A stretch of DNA of 18,920 nucleotides from Myxococcales bacterium (GTDB taxonomy: Bacteria; Myxococcota_A; Polyangia; Haliangiales; Haliangiaceae). Numbering within the stretch: position 1 is the stretch's first letter; each line of letters opens with the position of its first letter. The position numbers and the translations under genes are program-made. Where the stretch lies: positions 1 to 18,920 of the forward strand of contig SXJR01000061.1 of assembly GCA_005779305.1 (NCBI GenBank), read 5' to 3'. Positions 15,940 to 18,920 of this stretch are shown one piece after another. The notes beneath the pieces were generated by a model. The model searched no databases, was not told the origin of the DNA, and worked only from the letters and a program-made list of their open reading frames with translations.

Positions 15940-18584
15940 TCGTTGCGCCAGTCGTCCTCCTCGCGATCTTCGTCGGCGACGTGGACGCTGACGACGGTGC
16001 CGACGACGGCGCTCGCGATCTGTTCGGCCTCGACGAGCCCGCGGAGACCGCGCCGACCTGCGCCGACGCCCGCAGCCTGCCCTGCCCCGGCGCCGACGAG
16101 CGCGCCCCGGCGACCTGGCTGACCCGGATCACGGCCGAGCGCCTGGCCCGCCTGCCCCTGGCCGCGGCCGATCTCGACAGCGTCGCCGGGCTCGCCGTCG
16201 GCGCCGGCCGCGACGACCCGGGCGTCCACTACGCCGGCGCTACCTCGGTCGACAACCGCTGGCTCCTCGACGGTGCCGCCATCGACTCGCCGCGCCTGGG
16301 CACGCTCTCGGTGCGGGTTCCGCTGGCCTTCATCGAGGAGGTGGTGATCGCCACCGGCGGCTTCTCGGTCCGAGACCGCGCCGCCACCGGCGCGGTGATC
16401 GACGCTCGCCTGCGTGAGGGCGGCGACCAGCACGACGCCCGCGCCAGCGTGTGGATGGGCGCCGGCGCGCCACCACGCCTGACCGAGCGGGTGCGGGGCG
16501 AGTATCGATCGTTCCAGGGCCGCATCACCGATCAGCGCAGCCTCGACGCCGATCTGGTGGCGACCGGCCCGCTCGGTCGCGCCGGCGGCGCGCGGCTCTG
16601 GTACGCCGTCGGCGTCGCGCCAAGGCTGTGGGACGCGAGCCTGGTGCGCGACGCATGGCGCCGCACCGACGTCGACGGTGACGGCCGCGCCGACGAGGAC
16701 GCCGCCGGGCTGATCGTGCACGAGCGCCTCGGCGACACGCTGGAGCGCGACGCGCTGGCCTGGTCGGTGCCGGTGATGGCCCGTCTGGGCGCGCGCTCGA
16801 CCCATCATCAGATCGCGGCCACCGCGCTGGTCGCAAGCGCCGGTGACACTCGCTGGACCGTCACCGCCGAGGAGTCGGCCGCCGGCGTCGACCGTCGCGA
16901 TCTCGACGCCACGCTCTCGCTGTCGTGGCGCGGCACCTGGGCGACGACCCGCGCCCGCGCGCTGGCGAGCTGGATGCGCGACGCGCGCATCGAGTCGCCG
17001 CACACCGCCGGCGGCAACGCCGCCGACATCGGCCTGGCCTACGTCCCGTCGCCCGACCCCGCCGTCGAGGGCGGCGACGCCGCCGTGCGCAACGGCTGCG
17101 AGAACGACACGCCCGGCGATCCTTACCCCGGCTTCTTCAACTGCCCGTTTCCGACCGGCTACTACCACGTCGGCGGCGCCGGTCAGATCGGCGACGTGAT
17201 CCAGGATCGCCCGGCCGTGCTCGGCGAGATCGAACACACCGTCGGCGATCACGCCATCGCCGCTGGCGCCAGCGGCGAGGACGGCCGGGTCGTGGTGCGC
17301 ACGCGCTACACCGGTGGCTTCCTGCGCCGGCAGCTCGGCGACGCCGCGTACATCGACTACCGGCTGGTTTCGATCGGCGCCGGCTTCCCCGACTCGTGCG
17401 GCGACGCCGTCTCGTGCAGCTGGCTCGCCGAGCACGAGCGCACGATCCGCACCCGCAACCTGGCCGCGTGGCTGGCCGACACCTGGCGGCCCGGCGACGA
17501 CGTCGCGGTCGAGTACGGCCTCCGCCTCGAGTCGAGCCAGATCGGCGAGTCGGTGCAGGTCCGCGACGCCCTGCCCCGGCTCGGCGCCTCGTGGGACTTC
17601 CTCGGCGGCGGCCGCTCGCGGCTGTTCACCGGCTGGGGCCGGTACGCCGCGGTCCTGCCCGCCGCCACCGGCGAGCGAGTCTTCACCGGGCCGACCATCT
17701 ACCAGCAGATCAACTTCGGTGCGACCACGTCCCACGCCGTGTCGTCGAGCGGGGAGGTCCCGATCGATCCCGAGCTGCACGGCGTGCGCGTCGACGAGGT
17801 CCTGGCCGGGATCGAGCTCGGCGCCGCCGACGTGGCGCGGGCGACGCTGGTGGCGCGCCACCGTCACCTGGGTCGCGCGCTCGAGGATCAGGGCGGCATC
17901 TTGACCGTGGTCGGCTCCGGCGAGGGCAGGGCGGCGGCGACCCGCGACTTCAGCGAGATCGGAGTCTCGCTCGAGAACTCGCCCGGGGCGGGCGTGCACG
18001 TGCGCGCCGGCTACGCCTGGTCGCGGTTGCGCGGCAACTGGCCCGGCCCCTACGATCCGACCGACGGATTCGGGATGTACCTGTCGTCGCTGTTCGATCG
18101 CGATCCGGTGAACGCCACCGGCGCCCTGCCCAACGACCAGCCCCACCGCTTCTTCGCCGAGGTGGTCGGCCGCGGCCGCCGCTGGGGCCTGGACCTCGAT
18201 CTCGGCGTGCGGGCGACGGCGTCGTCGGGCCGCCCGCGCAGCGTGCGCACCACCGGCGGGCAGTCGTTCCTGATCCCGCGCGGCGCGGCGGGGCGGCTGC
18301 CGACGGTGGCCCAGACCAACGCGCGGATCGCCGCCCGCCGCGGCCGGGTGACCGTGACCCTCGACGTGGCCAACCTGTTCAACCGCCGAGGCACCGTCGC
18401 CGTCGACGAGGTCTACGTCCTCGACGACCTGCCGCCGATCGCGGGCGCCGACGCGAGCGATCTGGTCTTCGTCAAGGACAACGTCGTCGAGTCGGATCCG
18501 GCGCGGCTCAACCGCCGTTACGGCGCGCCGAGCCGGTTCCAGACCCCGTTACTCGCTTTCCTGGGCGTGCGCGTCGAGCTCTGA
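15894..18584 (+). CDS. TonB-dependent-receptor-like outer-membrane protein with a plug domain, possibly Oar-like.
   Basis: Plug-like motifs are present: TRITAERLARLPLAAADLDSVAGLAVGA and SVDNRWLLDGAAIDSPRLGTLSVRVPLAFIEEVVIATGGFSVRDRAATGAVID. Most of the protein is a long beta-rich region. The C-terminus reads ...NLFNRR...FLGVRVEL. The start was set at the ATG at 15894 (MVRVSPSGWDVRRVAFVAPVVLLAIFVG, a signal peptide), which overlaps the divergent gene. The start is uncertain. Confidence 0.55.
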   Translation: MVRVSPSGWDVRRVAFVAPVVLLAIFVGDVDADDGADDGARDLFGLDEPAETAPTCADARSLPCPGADERAPATWLTRITAERLARLPLAAADLDSVAGLAVGAGRDDPGVHYAGATSVDNRWLLDGAAIDSPRLGTLSVRVPLAFIEEVVIATGGFSVRDRAATGAVIDARLREGGDQHDARASVWMGAGAPPRLTERVRGEYRSFQGRITDQRSLDADLVATGPLGRAGGARLWYAVGVAPRLWDASLVRDAWRRTDVDGDGRADEDAAGLIVHERLGDTLERDALAWSVPVMARLGARSTHHQIAATALVASAGDTRWTVTAEESAAGVDRRDLDATLSLSWRGTWATTRARALASWMRDARIESPHTAGGNAADIGLAYVPSPDPAVEGGDAAVRNGCENDTPGDPYPGFFNCPFPTGYYHVGGAGQIGDVIQDRPAVLGEIEHTVGDHAIAAGASGEDGRVVVRTRYTGGFLRRQLGDAAYIDYRLVSIGAGFPDSCGDAVSCSWLAEHERTIRTRNLAAWLADTWRPGDDVAVEYGLRLESSQIGESVQVRDALPRLGASWDFLGGGRSRLFTGWGRYAAVLPAATGERVFTGPTIYQQINFGATTSHAVSSSGEVPIDPELHGVRVDEVLAGIELGAADVARATLVARHRHLGRALEDQGGILTVVGSGEGRAAATRDFSEIGVSLENSPGAGVHVRAGYAWSRLRGNWPGPYDPTDGFGMYLSSLFDRDPVNATGALPNDQPHRFFAEVVGRGRRWGLDLDLGVRATASSGRPRSVRTTGGQSFLIPRGAAGRLPTVAQTNARIAARRGRVTVTLDVANLFNRRGTVAVDEVYVLDDLPPIAGADASDLVFVKDNVVESDPARLNRRYGAPSRFQTPLLAFLGVRVEL

Positions 18585-18604
18585 CCCGCGCACCCGCGCG
18601 ACGG

Positions 18605-18919
18605 TCAGCGCCGGCGGCGACCGGAACCGGCGCGGCCACGGGCGCTGCGACCACCACCGCCACCACCGCCGCCGTGCCCGTCGCCGGCCTTGCGCTGCTC
18701 GAGCTGCCTCCGCTCGTCGCGGCGACGCTGCATCAGCGCCTGGGGCGACGGCGAGCTGCCAGCCGGCGGTCGACCGCCACGCAGCTCGTACGGATGACCC
18801 TCGATCACCGGGATCTCGCGGCGGATGAGCCGCTCGATCGCACGCAGGAGGTCGCCCTCCTCCTCGTCGCAGAACGAGAGCGCGAAGCCCGACGCGCCGG
18901 CGCGCGCGGTGCGGCCGAT
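18605..18919 (-). CDS. C-terminal 104 codons of a DEAD-box RNA helicase. It is 5'-partial and continues beyond the window end.
   Basis: The minus-strand frame is open to the window edge: [38 protein letters not shown]. This is helicase motif VI (GRTaRAG) followed by a Gly/Arg-rich tail ([26 protein letters not shown]). Confidence 0.75.
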   Translation of the reverse strand: MGRTARAGASGFALSFCDEEEGDLLRAIERLIRREIPVIEGHPYELRGGRPPAGSSPSPQALMQRRRDERRQLEQRKAGDGHGGGGGGGGRSARGRAGSGRRRR

Positions 18920-18920
18920 G

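Noticed and set aside
15792-18146. 784-aa minus-strand ORF antisense to the TonB-receptor-like gene.
   Set aside because: The product is Gly/Arg/Ala-rich low complexity. The plus frame has a recognisable plug domain.
18585-18604. Short cgcg/cgcg hairpin between the convergent TonB-receptor-like and helicase genes, considered as a terminator.
   Set aside because: Only a 4-5 bp stem with no U-tract. It cannot be told apart from random GC-rich sequence.

Overview
This is a very high-GC window (about 70% by eye) with frequent lipoprotein signal peptides, which fits a Myxococcota-type chromosome. The most notable feature is an intact 841-aa bacterial homolog of the eukaryotic major vault protein (MVP) at 2888-5413 (+). 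It shows MVP-type N-terminal repeat segments, a shoulder/SPFH-like block and a long cap-helix coiled coil. About 4.4 kb downstream lies a secreted VIT + von Willebrand A protein (9810-12263), the same domain pair that sits in the vault partner VPARP/PARP4. Between them, a lower-GC segment of about 3.1 kb (about 5410-8520) carries an M6-like HEXXHxxGxxD metalloprotease lipoprotein and a CxxC-rich zinc-ribbon protein. That segment is bracketed by a 62-bp near-identical direct duplication of the last 20 codons of MVP (5348-5409 and 8521-8582), so it looks like an insertion or rearrangement into the 3' end of MVP. The rest of the window is ordinary. It has a 5'-truncated HEAT-repeat/cyclophilin PPIase, translationally coupled (ATGA) to an alpha/beta hydrolase. 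It has a minus-strand run of genes: a DUF4336-like protein, a class II CPD photolyase (GTGA overlap), a Cys-rich lipoprotein and an M50B-like membrane metalloprotease. It has a second Cys-rich lipoprotein, a TonB-dependent-receptor-like outer-membrane protein, and the 3' end of a DEAD-box helicase. Three unusual tandem repeats are present. One is a perfect 9-bp x 7 array carrying an in-frame stop in every unit, between the photolyase and lipoprotein genes. The others are C-rich repeat blocks just 3' of each copy of the MVP duplication. Many long opposite-strand or off-frame ORFs in the track are GC-rich artefacts and were rejected.
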